From the NCBI GenBank assembly GCA_038128845.1, contig JAYPKL010000002.1:5604-69603 (forward strand): a stretch of 64,000 nucleotides of DNA, given 5' to 3'. The translations under genes and the position numbers were made by a program. Positions 18,947 to 28,059 of this stretch are shown in pieces. Every line of letters starts with the position of its first letter. Position 1 is the first letter of the stretch. Below the pieces are notes generated by a model. It was not told the origin of the DNA, did no database searches, and worked only from the letters and a program-made list of their open reading frames with translations. The stretch comes from Candidatus Woesearchaeota archaeon (GTDB taxonomy: Archaea; Nanobdellota; Nanobdellia; UBA10117; ARS21).

Positions 18947-20344
18947 ATGGAAATATCTGTTATTCTTCCGGATCAAATAAATAAAAATAATCCTGTGCTT
19001 AAATTAAAAAATAAAATAATTATTCTTGAAGATAAAAGATATTTTGATGATTATAAATATAACAAAAAGAAATTAATTTTTCATCGAGCTTCTATGAAAT
19101 ATTTTTATGAATATCTGAAAAAGAGCGGACATAAAGTAGAATACAGCGAAAATAGTTTAGAAGATTATACTAAAGAAAAAATACATTTAATGGACCCAGT
19201 TAACAAAAAAATAACAAATAAATTCAAAAATTTAACAATATATGATAACGTAAATTTTCTTAATACTACAAAATACAATAAAGAATATTTTTCTAAAAAT
19301 AAATTTTTTATGGCAAGTTTTTATAAAGATCAAAGAAAAAAATACAAATTACTTTTGACATCTTCAGGAGGACCTGAGGGAGGAAAATGGAGTTATGATG
19401 ATCAGAATAGAAAAAAATTACCAAAATCAGAAAAAGTTCCAGATTTTAGAAAATTTAATAGTGAATATGTTAAAGAAGCAATTTCTTATGTTAATAAAAA
19501 ATATAAAAACAATTATGGAACTTCTGAAAATTTTTTTTATCCTACAACACACGAAGAAGCATCAAAATGGTTTGATGAATTCTTAAAAATTAGATTTGAA
19601 AAATTTGGACCTTATGAAGATGCAATATCTGATAAAGAATTTTTAATTTATCATTCTCTTTTGAGTCCTTTATTGAATGTAGGCCTAATTGATGTAAATT
19701 ATGTTTTAGATAAAGCAATTCAAGTACAAAAAAAACAAAAAATACCTATTAATTCTGTTGAAGGTTTTATTAGACAAATAATTGGTTGGAGAGAATTTAT
19801 ACGAGCAGTTTATGTTGAACTTTCTGAAAAACAAATAAACAATTTTTGGAAATTTAAAAATAAAATTAAAGAAAATTTTTGGAATGGAGAAACAAATATT
19901 TTACCTGTAGATAATGCAATAAAAAAAGCAATAGATTATGCATATAATCATCATATTGAAAGATTGATGGTTTTAGGAAATTATATGCTAATTACTGAAA
20001 AGAATCCGGATGAAGTTTATAATTGGTTTATGACAATGTATATTGATGCGTATGAATGGGTAATGGTTCCGAATGTTTATGGCATGAGTCAATATGCTGA
20101 CGGAGGATTAATTACTACCAAACCTTATCTTTCCGGTTCAAATTATATTCGTAAAATGTCTGATTACAAAAAAGAAGCTTGGTGCGATATTTTTGACGCA
20201 CTTTATTGGAGATTTAATATTAAATATGAAAAAGTTATTTCGAAGAATGCAAGATTATCTATTGTTGGAGCATTACTTAGAAAAATGAGTGATGAAAAGA
20301 AAAAAGGATACATTAAAATAGCTGAAAATCATATTAATAAATAA
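18947..20344 (+). CDS. Photolyase/cryptochrome-related protein (COG3046-like)
   Basis: 465 aa. C-terminal half reads HHIERLMVLGNYMLI...WFMTMYIDAYEWVMVPNVYGMSQYADGG, resembling the FAD-binding helical domain of the photolyase/cryptochrome family. Divergently arranged relative to the rhodopsin and photolyase genes. Confidence 0.5.
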   Translation: MEISVILPDQINKNNPVLKLKNKIIILEDKRYFDDYKYNKKKLIFHRASMKYFYEYLKKSGHKVEYSENSLEDYTKEKIHLMDPVNKKITNKFKNLTIYDNVNFLNTTKYNKEYFSKNKFFMASFYKDQRKKYKLLLTSSGGPEGGKWSYDDQNRKKLPKSEKVPDFRKFNSEYVKEAISYVNKKYKNNYGTSENFFYPTTHEEASKWFDEFLKIRFEKFGPYEDAISDKEFLIYHSLLSPLLNVGLIDVNYVLDKAIQVQKKQKIPINSVEGFIRQIIGWREFIRAVYVELSEKQINNFWKFKNKIKENFWNGETNILPVDNAIKKAIDYAYNHHIERLMVLGNYMLITEKNPDEVYNWFMTMYIDAYEWVMVPNVYGMSQYADGGLITTKPYLSGSNYIRKMSDYKKEAWCDIFDALYWRFNIKYEKVISKNARLSIVGALLRKMSDEKKKGYIKIAENHINK

Positions 20345-20345
20345 G

Positions 20346-20738
20346 ATGATTGAAGCAATGATTAACTTTATGGGTTATTTTTTGGTAATTGTTGCTATTT
20401 TGAAAATAATAGATTGGAAAAAATTTTCGGAAAATTTTTCAAAATATGACTTAATTGCAAAAAGAAGTCAAGCTTACTCTTTTTCTTATCCAATTATTGA
20501 ATTGGCAATCGGAATAAGTTTTTTGAATAATTTTTATGTTAGAGAAGTTGCAATTATTTTAGCAGCAATTATGTTTATTGGAGTAACTGGAGTTTTGAAG
20601 GCATTAAAGGAAAATAAAAAAGTTCAGTGTGCATGTTTAGGAAAATTAGGGCATAAATTAAACATCAAATTAACACAATTTACTTTATTTGAAGATATAG
20701 TTATGGGACTTATGGCCTTAGCAATTTTATTACTTTAA
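20346..20738 (+). CDS. Small integral membrane protein (DoxX/MauE-like, tentative)
   Basis: 130 aa, 4 TM helices, CAC motif in a loop (VQCACLGK). Confidence 0.3.
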   Translation: MIEAMINFMGYFLVIVAILKIIDWKKFSENFSKYDLIAKRSQAYSFSYPIIELAIGISFLNNFYVREVAIILAAIMFIGVTGVLKALKENKKVQCACLGKLGHKLNIKLTQFTLFEDIVMGLMALAILLL

Positions 20739-21127
20739 TTAACTTCTTTTAATCTCATTAAAGCAATTTCTGCAGATTCTGCCATTTCAATTTCAGGATC
20801 ATTTAGATATTTTTCTACAAAAGGAATGTATTCTTTTTTTCCAAGAGTTGCAAGAGCCAATATTGCTTCATGTCTAACAAAAATATTTGTGTCATTTTCT
20901 ACGGCTTTTATTAATGCTGGACCTGCAATTTCATTCCAAGCAGTTTCGCCAAGAGAAAATGCAAATTCATGTCTAACTATTGGTGAGGGATCGGTTTCAA
21001 GAGCTTTGCATAGTTTTAGAATATCGTCTTTATTTGTAGAATTTTCTAACTTAAATGCTGCTTGAATTCTTTCTTCTTTTGATTTAGTTAAGTCTAGTAC
21101 AATATCTGCTGGATGCATAAATTTCAA
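20735..21127 (-). CDS. HEAT-repeat protein (PBS-lyase HEAT-like repeats)
   Basis: 130 aa with repeated ...VRHE(A/F)A..LG... units (IVRHEFAFSLGE, FVRHEAILALATLG). Confidence 0.5.
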   Translation of the reverse strand: MKFMHPADIVLDLTKSKEERIQAAFKLENSTNKDDILKLCKALETDPSPIVRHEFAFSLGETAWNEIAGPALIKAVENDTNIFVRHEAILALATLGKKEYIPFVEKYLNDPEIEMAESAEIALMRLKEVN

Positions 21128-21150
21128 TAAAAAAGTTCTATTAAAAATGT

Positions 21151-21669
21151 TTATTTTCGTAAAATTATTGGCTCTTTTTCTGATACGTCAATAACTGTTG
21201 AAGCTTTACCTGATAATTTTCCTTCATCAATAACAATATCCACTTTATCTTTAATTTCTTTTTTAAGATTTTTAGGATCTACTAAGTGAGGTTCTCCGGA
21301 AATATTTACCGAAGTTGTTACAAAAGGTTTTCTTGTTTTTTTAACAAGTTTTGAAAATTCGCAATCAGGTATTCTGACACCAACTTTATCGGAGTATGAA
21401 ACATGCTTTGAAATTATTTTTTCATTTTTAGGTCTCATTACCAGTGTGTATGGTCCCGGTAATTTATCTAAATAAATTGGATGAATAATTTCAAAATTTT
21501 CTTTGATCCATTTTTTTGATGGAGCTATAATAGAAAATGGTTTTTCTTCTCTTTTTTTAATGTCTCGGATTTTTAGAACTAGTTTATCGTTTGTGGCGTC
21601 ACATCCAATCCCATAAATAGTATCTGTAGGGTATACGTAAACTTTTTCTAGATTTATTTGACTATTCAT
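21151..21669 (-). CDS. YrdC/Sua5-family L-threonylcarbamoyladenylate synthase (t6A biosynthesis), YrdC-only form
   Basis: YPTDTIYGIGCDATN signature of the YrdC domain. 172 aa. Confidence 0.7.
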   Translation of the reverse strand: MNSQINLEKVYVYPTDTIYGIGCDATNDKLVLKIRDIKKREEKPFSIIAPSKKWIKENFEIIHPIYLDKLPGPYTLVMRPKNEKIISKHVSYSDKVGVRIPDCEFSKLVKKTRKPFVTTSVNISGEPHLVDPKNLKKEIKDKVDIVIDEGKLSGKASTVIDVSEKEPIILRK

Positions 21670-21702
21670 AATATATATAAATCAAATTAGAATAAAAATT
21701 CT

Positions 21703-21819
21703 ATGAAAAAACCGGATTTGATGAAGCAAGCACTTAAAATTTTAGGAAAATATAGAGAAAAAACACCAAAACAAGATAAATTTGATGAAGAACCCTGTTG
21801 TGCAGGAGATCATGAATAA
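21703..21819 (+). CDS. Small Cys-containing peptide (38 aa), not in the ORF track
   Basis: ATG 21703. Stop overlaps the ATG of the ferredoxin-like gene. Sequence ...DKFDEEPCCAGDHE. Speculative. Confidence 0.2.
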   Translation: MKKPDLMKQALKILGKYREKTPKQDKFDEEPCCAGDHE

Positions 21820-22064
21820 TGGCTAAATATAAGATTAATATTAACTTAGATGATTGTATAGGAGCTTATGCTTGTGCAGCAGTATATCCTGAGATGTGGG
21901 AAGTTGATGCAAAAGGTAAGGCTCATCCTAAAATAGGAACACTTAAAAAGGCAGATTCAAGTGAGTGGATTATATTGGATGAATCAGAGTTTGACTTGGA
22001 GCTTGCAAAAAGATCTGCCGAAGTATGCCCTGTTAATGCAATAAAAATAGAGAAAATAAAATGA
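21819..22064 (+). CDS. Ferredoxin-like single-cluster protein (3 Cys, Pyrococcus-Fd-like)
   Basis: DDCIGAYACAAVYPEMW...AEVCPVNAIKIE. Layout matches single [4Fe-4S]/[3Fe-4S] ferredoxins, but the second ligand position is Ala. Confidence 0.5.
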   Translation: MAKYKININLDDCIGAYACAAVYPEMWEVDAKGKAHPKIGTLKKADSSEWIILDESEFDLELAKRSAEVCPVNAIKIEKIK

Positions 22065-22585
22065 TAACAAAAGACATGACAATTGGTGATGTAATTAAAG
22101 AATACCCTGAAACTATCGAAATTATGTTATCTTATGGTCTTCATTGTGTTGGATGTTCAGTTCAATATTGGGAAAGTATTGAAGGCGGATGTAAAACTCA
22201 TGGTTTTGAAGATGAAAAAATTGAAAAAATGATTAAAGAAATGAATGAGGCGCTTATTTTAGACAAAGAAGAATTTACAGTTACAGATAAAGCAATTACA
22301 AAAATTATTGAAATGGCTGAAAAACAAGAAAAAAATCCGATTTTAAGAATAAATGTTATATCTGGAGGTTGTTCCGGATTTCAATATCACTTTGATTTTG
22401 ATGAAATTAAAGAAAATGATGAAAAAATGGAATTAAACGGTGTAACTTTTGTAATGGATTCAGAATCAAAAAACATGTTAAACGGTTCAAAAATGGAATA
22501 CATTGATACATTAAATGAATCTGGATTTAGAATTTCAAATCCAAATGCAAGCGAATCTTGTGCTTGCGGGAAGAGTTTTAATTAA
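22061..22585 (+). CDS. Fusion of a DUF1858-like redox-disulfide domain and an A-type Fe-S carrier (IscA/HesB)
   Basis: N-terminus: DVIKEYPETIEIMLSYGLHCVGC (hybrid-cluster-protein-associated disulfide domain). C-terminus: ISGGCSGFQYHF ... SCACGKSF (IscA/HesB signature cysteines). Confidence 0.6.
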   Translation: MITKDMTIGDVIKEYPETIEIMLSYGLHCVGCSVQYWESIEGGCKTHGFEDEKIEKMIKEMNEALILDKEEFTVTDKAITKIIEMAEKQEKNPILRINVISGGCSGFQYHFDFDEIKENDEKMELNGVTFVMDSESKNMLNGSKMEYIDTLNESGFRISNPNASESCACGKSFN

Positions 22586-22586
22586 A

Positions 22587-23006
22587 ATGGAAAATTTATT
22601 TAACACTTTTTATGATCAAATAGAAAAAGTAGATATTCAGTACAAATTACTTTTAGAAAATCATCAAGCTTGGAAAGATTTCTACATGGAAGGAGATCGT
22701 GATTCTGCAAATAAAATATATGAACAAAGAAAGCCTATTGATGAAATTCTTAATTTTGAACTAAATTTAGCAGCAAAAACTGCCGATAAAATTATAAAAG
22801 AATATAAAGGAAATAAAAAACAAGATATGTACCTGGATTTTGCAATAAATAAAAAAATTGAAAATTTTGGTTCGTATAAAGATTTTTTAGATGAAGTATT
22901 AAATTACTCTGCGCTTCAATCAGATATTATTTCTTCAGAAATTGAAATAACAATGGAAAATTTTCCAAAACTTAATTCTCTAGAATTTATTATGGATAAT
23001 ATTTAG
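22587..23006 (+). CDS. Hypothetical protein (139 aa)
   Basis: The ORF-track entry 22515..23006 overlaps the preceding gene by 70 nt. The first non-overlapping ATG is at 22587 (MENLFNTFYDQ...). Confidence 0.4.
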   Translation: MENLFNTFYDQIEKVDIQYKLLLENHQAWKDFYMEGDRDSANKIYEQRKPIDEILNFELNLAAKTADKIIKEYKGNKKQDMYLDFAINKKIENFGSYKDFLDEVLNYSALQSDIISSEIEITMENFPKLNSLEFIMDNI

Positions 23007-23039
23007 AAAATTTTATATAATAATAAACAATTAAATTAC

Positions 23040-23351
23040 ATGGGTAAAGATTCTTCTTATGAATTTCAATTAAGTGCATTAACTACCAAACAAAATGTAT
23101 TACGTCAACGTTTAGAAAGATTTCAAAAATTGAAAGAAGATGTTTTAGCCGACAATGAAAGATTAGTAAAATCTGCAATTGAACTTAAAGAAGTTATGAA
23201 TCAACAAGAAGAAACAATAGACTCTGTTAGAAGATCTCGTGGAAGAAAAGGCGATACAAATAAAATATCCGGATTTGAACGTGATTTAAATAATGTAAAA
23301 AGACTCGTTGGACCTTTGGTTGAATCAATAATAAGAAAAAGATCTGAATAA
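23040..23351 (+). CDS. Hypothetical coiled-coil protein (103 aa)
   Basis: Heptad-rich, charged sequence. No motif. Confidence 0.3.
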   Translation: MGKDSSYEFQLSALTTKQNVLRQRLERFQKLKEDVLADNERLVKSAIELKEVMNQQEETIDSVRRSRGRKGDTNKISGFERDLNNVKRLVGPLVESIIRKRSE

Positions 23352-23396
23352 ACTAAAAAATAAATAATTTTATTAAGTTGTTTTTCATAGATTTAT

Positions 23397-23921
23397 ATGA
23401 AAAATCTTTGGCACGATATATCTTCTGGTTCAGAAGATAAATTAAATGTTATTATAGAAATTCCGAGTGGTTCCAAAGATAAATATGAGTTAGATAAAGA
23501 AACTGGATTAATTATGCTTGATAGAGTTCTTGAAGTTTCAATGAGTTATCCTGGAAACTATGGATTTGTTCCTCAAACTCTTTGTGAAGATAAGGATCCT
23601 TTGGATGTTATTTTACTTACTCATTCTTCATTACATCCTGGTGTTTTAGTTAAAGCAAGACCAGTAGGACTACTTAATATGGTTGATGGTGGAGAGGCTG
23701 ATGAAAAAATTTTAGCAGTTCCTGCAGATGATCCAAGATTTAATGAAATGAACGATATCAAAAATGTGCCAAAAGCATTTTTAGATGAAATTTATCATTT
23801 TTTCTTAAGATATAAAGATCTCAGAAAGGGCGAAGTTCAAATTGGTAAATGGGGAAATGCTAGACAAGCAAAAAGAGCAATTAAAAACTCAATTAAACTT
23901 TATCAAAAAACTTACAAATAA
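23397..23921 (+). CDS. ppa: Inorganic pyrophosphatase (family I)
   Basis: EIPSGSKDKYELDKETG, DPLDVIL and DGGEADEKILAV match the family I PPase active-site ladder. 174 aa. Confidence 0.8.
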   Translation: MKNLWHDISSGSEDKLNVIIEIPSGSKDKYELDKETGLIMLDRVLEVSMSYPGNYGFVPQTLCEDKDPLDVILLTHSSLHPGVLVKARPVGLLNMVDGGEADEKILAVPADDPRFNEMNDIKNVPKAFLDEIYHFFLRYKDLRKGEVQIGKWGNARQAKRAIKNSIKLYQKTYK

Positions 23922-23950
23922 ACTTATATTTCTATACATAACTATTATCT

Positions 23951-24628
23951 ATGGACTCAATTATCAAATTAGATAAAGTTTGGAAAATATATGATATGGG
24001 TTCTTCTAAAATTTATGCAAATAAAGATATATCACTTGAGATAACAAAAGGCGAATTTGTTTATGTTGTTGGAAAATCGGGTTCTGGTAAATCTACTTTA
24101 TTAAATATGATAGGTAGTCTAGATTATCCTTCTAGAGGAAAAATTTTTTTAGATAATAAAAACATAGCAGATTTCTCAGAATCGGAATTAGCACAACTTA
24201 GGGGAAGTAAAATTGGATTTGTATTTCAATCATTTAATTTGATATCTAGTATGACTGCTTTAGAAAATGTTATGTTACCTATGACATTTCAAAATAAAAA
24301 TAATGAAGAAAAAATTAAACGCGCAAAAGAACTACTGGATATGGTTGATATGGGGCATAGGTACAATAATTTACCTGGAGAATTATCGGGAGGAGAAAGA
24401 CAAAGAGTTGCGGTTGCAAGATCTTTAGCAAATGACCCTGAAGTTATAATTGCTGATGAACCAACTGGAAATCTTGATTCAAAAACAGGTAAAATTGTAA
24501 TGCAAATGTTTGAAAGAATTAATCGTGAAGATAAAAAAACAATAATTATTGTTACACATGATACTGATTTAGTTAAAAGAAAAAGTCATCATAAGATATA
24601 TAAAATATCGGATGGAGAATTAGTATGA
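23951..24628 (+). CDS. ABC transporter ATP-binding protein (MacB/LolD-like)
   Basis: Walker A GKSGSGKST, ABC signature LSGGERQR, Walker B IIADEPTGNLD, H-loop. Confidence 0.8.
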   Translation: MDSIIKLDKVWKIYDMGSSKIYANKDISLEITKGEFVYVVGKSGSGKSTLLNMIGSLDYPSRGKIFLDNKNIADFSESELAQLRGSKIGFVFQSFNLISSMTALENVMLPMTFQNKNNEEKIKRAKELLDMVDMGHRYNNLPGELSGGERQRVAVARSLANDPEVIIADEPTGNLDSKTGKIVMQMFERINREDKKTIIIVTHDTDLVKRKSHHKIYKISDGELV

Positions 24629-25521
24629 AAAAACTAATTACATTGATATTATCTTTATCATTACTTGTTTCAGTATCTTTTGCAGCAACTACGCTAAAAT
24701 TACCAGACATTTCTGGAGGAAATATTATTATAGAGAGTTCTACGTATGATCCAGCACCTGCAGAACCTGGAAACTACTTAGATTTATACGTAACAATAAA
24801 AAATAATGGAGGAAATTCTATAAGAAATTTAAATTTACAACTTGAAGACAGATATCCCTTTACTGTTGTTGATTCAATAGATAATGAAATTAAAGATTTA
24901 GTTAATGGAAGAGAAAAATTAGTTAGATATAAAATTTATATTTCTGAAGATGTACTTTCTGGAGATTATTCAATTCCAATAAAGGCGTGTACAAATCAAG
25001 ATTGTTCAAACATAATTAAAGAATCGAATATAGAAATATCCGTTAATGCAGGCTCAAGTCCAATAATGGAATTGGGAATAGATGATTACGATTTAATTAC
25101 TCCTGGTTCTCTGAATGAAATAATTATAACTTCAGTAAATAAAGGAAAACAAGGTGTTCAATTCTTAACCATCGAATTATTAGATACAGAAGATTACACC
25201 GTAATATCGAGTCCAAGAAAATACATGGGAGAATTATTAACAGATGATTTTGAAAGAGAAACATATAAAATTCATATTTCTGAAAATATTGAATCCAGTA
25301 AATCTATGGAATTAGATTTATTAGTTGAATATTCTGACATGAATTATAAAAAATACTCTGAAAATGAAAAATTAACAATTAATGTTTATACTCAAAAAGA
25401 TGCGCAAAAAATAGGACTTGCTCAAAAAAGTAACGGAGCGTTATATTCTGTACTATTTTTAGTAATTAGTTTCTTTACTTATAGGTACTATAGGAGAAAT
25501 AAGAAACGAAATGCTAGGTGA
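24625..25521 (+). CDS. Secreted, C-terminally membrane-anchored protein associated with the ABC transporter
   Basis: Signal peptide, beta-rich body, C-terminal TM helix plus basic tail (YRYYRRNKKRNAR). Overlaps both neighbours. Confidence 0.4.
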   Translation: MKKLITLILSLSLLVSVSFAATTLKLPDISGGNIIIESSTYDPAPAEPGNYLDLYVTIKNNGGNSIRNLNLQLEDRYPFTVVDSIDNEIKDLVNGREKLVRYKIYISEDVLSGDYSIPIKACTNQDCSNIIKESNIEISVNAGSSPIMELGIDDYDLITPGSLNEIIITSVNKGKQGVQFLTIELLDTEDYTVISSPRKYMGELLTDDFERETYKIHISENIESSKSMELDLLVEYSDMNYKKYSENEKLTINVYTQKDAQKIGLAQKSNGALYSVLFLVISFFTYRYYRRNKKRNAR

Positions 25522-26704
25522 ATATATTAAAATATCTTTCAATAGTCTAAGAAGAAGAAAACTTAGAAGTTGGCTTACGATTATTGGTATCATTATAGGT
25601 ATATCTGCAATAGTATCTCTGACATTAATTGCTCAAGGTACTGAGAATGCCGTAAATGAAGCATTTGAACAATTTGGTACTGATGCAATTTTTGTACAAG
25701 GTGGTGCAACATTTGCAAGACCTACTCCCGGTGAATATGGTATGAGTGATAGGGACATGAATTTTTTTGAAACATTTAGTGAAGTAGAATTTGTAATACC
25801 TTTTGCCTATGATACTCAAGAAGTTGAATATAAAGATGAAAAAAAATATCCTTTAGTTTATGCGATTGATACTGCATTATGGGACGAATATCTAAAACGG
25901 TCAAATTTCAAAGTAGAAAAAGGACGTAATCTACAAGATGGAGAAACGGGATCTGTTGTAGTAGGTTGGAAATTGAATCAAGACTATTTCGAAAATAAAG
26001 TTGATTTGAAAAGTAGAATAAAAATTAGTGGTAAAACATTCAAGGTTGTTGGAGTATATCAGAGAGTTGGAAATGACGGAGATGATACTGCAATAGCAAT
26101 GGCATTAGATGATGCAAGAAAATTATTTGCACCTCAAGGTAAAATTACTGCATCTCAAGTAATTGTAAAAGATGGAGTTGATATAGATAAATTTGCAGAA
26201 TATCTAGAGGAAGAGTATGAAGATTATAGAGGAGATAAAAATTTTGTACTAAATACTTCAACTGCAATATTAGAGCAAATAAATAATGTCTTGGGAATTC
26301 TTCAATATGTTGTTGTTGGTATAGCAGGAATTGCGTTAATAGTTGGTTCAGTCGGTATTGCTAATACTATGTATATGTCAGTTCTTGAAAGAACAAAGGA
26401 AATAGGAATAATGAAATCAATTGGTGCAACAAATAATGCAATCTTAACTATGTTTTTAATTGAATCTGCATTTTTTGGAATAGTAGGCGGAATTATAGGC
26501 TGTATAATAGGAGTCCTTATGGCAATCCTAGCAAAAGTCGCAATAGAAATTTTTGCTCCAGGAATTCCATTTTTAATATTAATAGATCCAACAGTTATAT
26601 TTGGAGCGTTATTATTTTCTGCAATTTCTGGAATAGTATCTGGAATTTTACCTGCAAGAAATGCATCAAAACTTAATCCAGTTGACGCACTTAGATATGA
26701 ATAA
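25511..26704 (+). CDS. ABC transporter permease, FtsX/MacB-like
   Basis: N-terminal TM, large extracytoplasmic domain, C-terminal 3-TM FtsX-like domain. 397 aa. Confidence 0.7.
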   Translation: MLGEYIKISFNSLRRRKLRSWLTIIGIIIGISAIVSLTLIAQGTENAVNEAFEQFGTDAIFVQGGATFARPTPGEYGMSDRDMNFFETFSEVEFVIPFAYDTQEVEYKDEKKYPLVYAIDTALWDEYLKRSNFKVEKGRNLQDGETGSVVVGWKLNQDYFENKVDLKSRIKISGKTFKVVGVYQRVGNDGDDTAIAMALDDARKLFAPQGKITASQVIVKDGVDIDKFAEYLEEEYEDYRGDKNFVLNTSTAILEQINNVLGILQYVVVGIAGIALIVGSVGIANTMYMSVLERTKEIGIMKSIGATNNAILTMFLIESAFFGIVGGIIGCIIGVLMAILAKVAIEIFAPGIPFLILIDPTVIFGALLFSAISGIVSGILPARNASKLNPVDALRYE

Positions 26705-27712
26705 TCAAGGATATGCTTCTTCAATTATTTTTTGTTTATTTTTGAAATGTTTTTGAATTGTTATAAAATATTTTTCAAAATAATTAGAAACTGAATTTTT
26801 TAAGTCGGCCGGATGTATATTTCCGGACTTATAATCTTTGTATATGTCATCAATATTATTATATTTTGAATTACTTCCAAATTTCGGATTTCGAGAAATG
26901 ATAAATTCATTTTCAACCGGTAAAATAATGAATTTAACAATATCAAGTAAACCATTTGATTCTATATTTTTTTCTGGACAATATGATGAATTGATTTTTT
27001 TTCTCATAGATTTAATTGAATCATGTATGGTTATCACTTTATTTTTATCTGATGCTGACATTTTAGAACCGTCTTGGTTTAATCCAATTAATGGTAAAAA
27101 TATACAAATTGGTTTATTATGACCAAGAGATTTTACTTCTTCTCTTGCCAACATGTAGATTTTTCTTTGATCAATTCCGGAAAGGGCAATATCTGCACCA
27201 ATATGATGAACATCGATTGCTTGCATTAAAGCGTAATTTAATGAACCTAGATCTGGGTTTTCAACTTGTCTAACAACTTCTGAACTTGCTCTTAAAGCTC
27301 GCTTAACTTTGACTTTACCCATTAAACTATATAAGTCAAATATATAATCTGGTTTTTTTTGGAAAGATGAACCTAAAACAAATTTTATTTTTTTTGTGTC
27401 TACATTTAATGATTTTAGTATTGCAGTCATAGCTTCTTTATAATATCTTGATCTTGCTTTAGTTAATTCCATAGGTGATTTTCTATCATCTAAATAAGCA
27501 TGAATATCTGCCAATAAATATTTAAAATTCATACCGGATTCAACTAAATCTTTAATTTTTGCAGCTTGTAAAAAATAACCAATATGAACTTTACCTGTGG
27601 GCGCTGCTCCAAGGTAAGCTGTGGGTTTTTTCTTAGATTTTACAAGATTATTCAGTTCTTCTTCAGTTGTAATTTCAACTGAATTACGCTTGATTAAATC
27701 TATCTTATTCAT
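26705..27712 (-). CDS. tyrS: Tyrosyl-tRNA synthetase (archaeal type)
   Basis: AYLGAAPTGKVHIGYFLQ...LLADIHAYLDD closely parallels archaeal TyrRS (M. jannaschii AYIGFEPSGKIHLGHYLQ...LLADLHAYLN). KMSAS variant of KMSKS. 335 aa. Confidence 0.7.
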   Translation of the reverse strand: MNKIDLIKRNSVEITTEEELNNLVKSKKKPTAYLGAAPTGKVHIGYFLQAAKIKDLVESGMNFKYLLADIHAYLDDRKSPMELTKARSRYYKEAMTAILKSLNVDTKKIKFVLGSSFQKKPDYIFDLYSLMGKVKVKRALRASSEVVRQVENPDLGSLNYALMQAIDVHHIGADIALSGIDQRKIYMLAREEVKSLGHNKPICIFLPLIGLNQDGSKMSASDKNKVITIHDSIKSMRKKINSSYCPEKNIESNGLLDIVKFIILPVENEFIISRNPKFGSNSKYNNIDDIYKDYKSGNIHPADLKNSVSNYFEKYFITIQKHFKNKQKIIEEAYP

Positions 27713-27785
27713 ACAAATAGTTACAATATCTTTTTAAAAGAATTTTCTAAAAAGGGATAATGCTTATATAGTAACAGCTCATTTT

Positions 27786-27983
27786 ATGAACATGAAAGCA
27801 GATTTAAATACAATAACAATGTGGTTAGTGGTTATTGGTGCTTTAAATTGGGGTACAACTGAATTAGGTTATGACTTAGTTGCTATGTTATTAGGTTCAG
27901 TACCAATGTTAGCATCATTAGTTTACTACTTAGTAGGACTATCCGGATTGTATGTTGGATACAATATGGTTTCCGGTAAATAA
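27786..27983 (+). CDS. Small membrane protein (DUF378-like)
   Basis: 65 aa, two TM helices. WLVVIGALNWG pattern of the DUF378 family. Confidence 0.4.
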   Translation: MNMKADLNTITMWLVVIGALNWGTTELGYDLVAMLLGSVPMLASLVYYLVGLSGLYVGYNMVSGK

Positions 27984-28011
27984 ATTTATTACTGGAAAAA
28001 TTAATTTTACC

Positions 28012-28036
28012 GGGGATCTATATCCCCTACTTTTTT
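28012..28036 (+). terminator. Hairpin plus T-run downstream of the small membrane protein gene
   Basis: GGGGAT-ctat-ATCCCC stem-loop (28012-28027) followed by TTTTTT (28031-28036). Confidence 0.35.
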
Positions 28037-28059
28037 AAATTTAAATTTTTAATAATAAT

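Noticed and set aside
19395-19586. Same-strand, alternative-frame ORF inside the photolyase-related gene
   Set aside because: Fully embedded out-of-frame within a conserved CDS. Spurious.
22515-22586. N-terminal 24 codons of ORF 22515..23006 overlapping the IscA-fusion gene
   Set aside because: Out-of-frame overlap of 70 nt with a well-supported gene. An internal ATG at 22587 gives a non-overlapping start.
26302-26724. Antisense 140-aa ORF inside the FtsX permease gene
   Set aside because: Embedded antisense to a conserved transporter CDS. Repetitive IPxx translation typical of reverse-frame artefacts.
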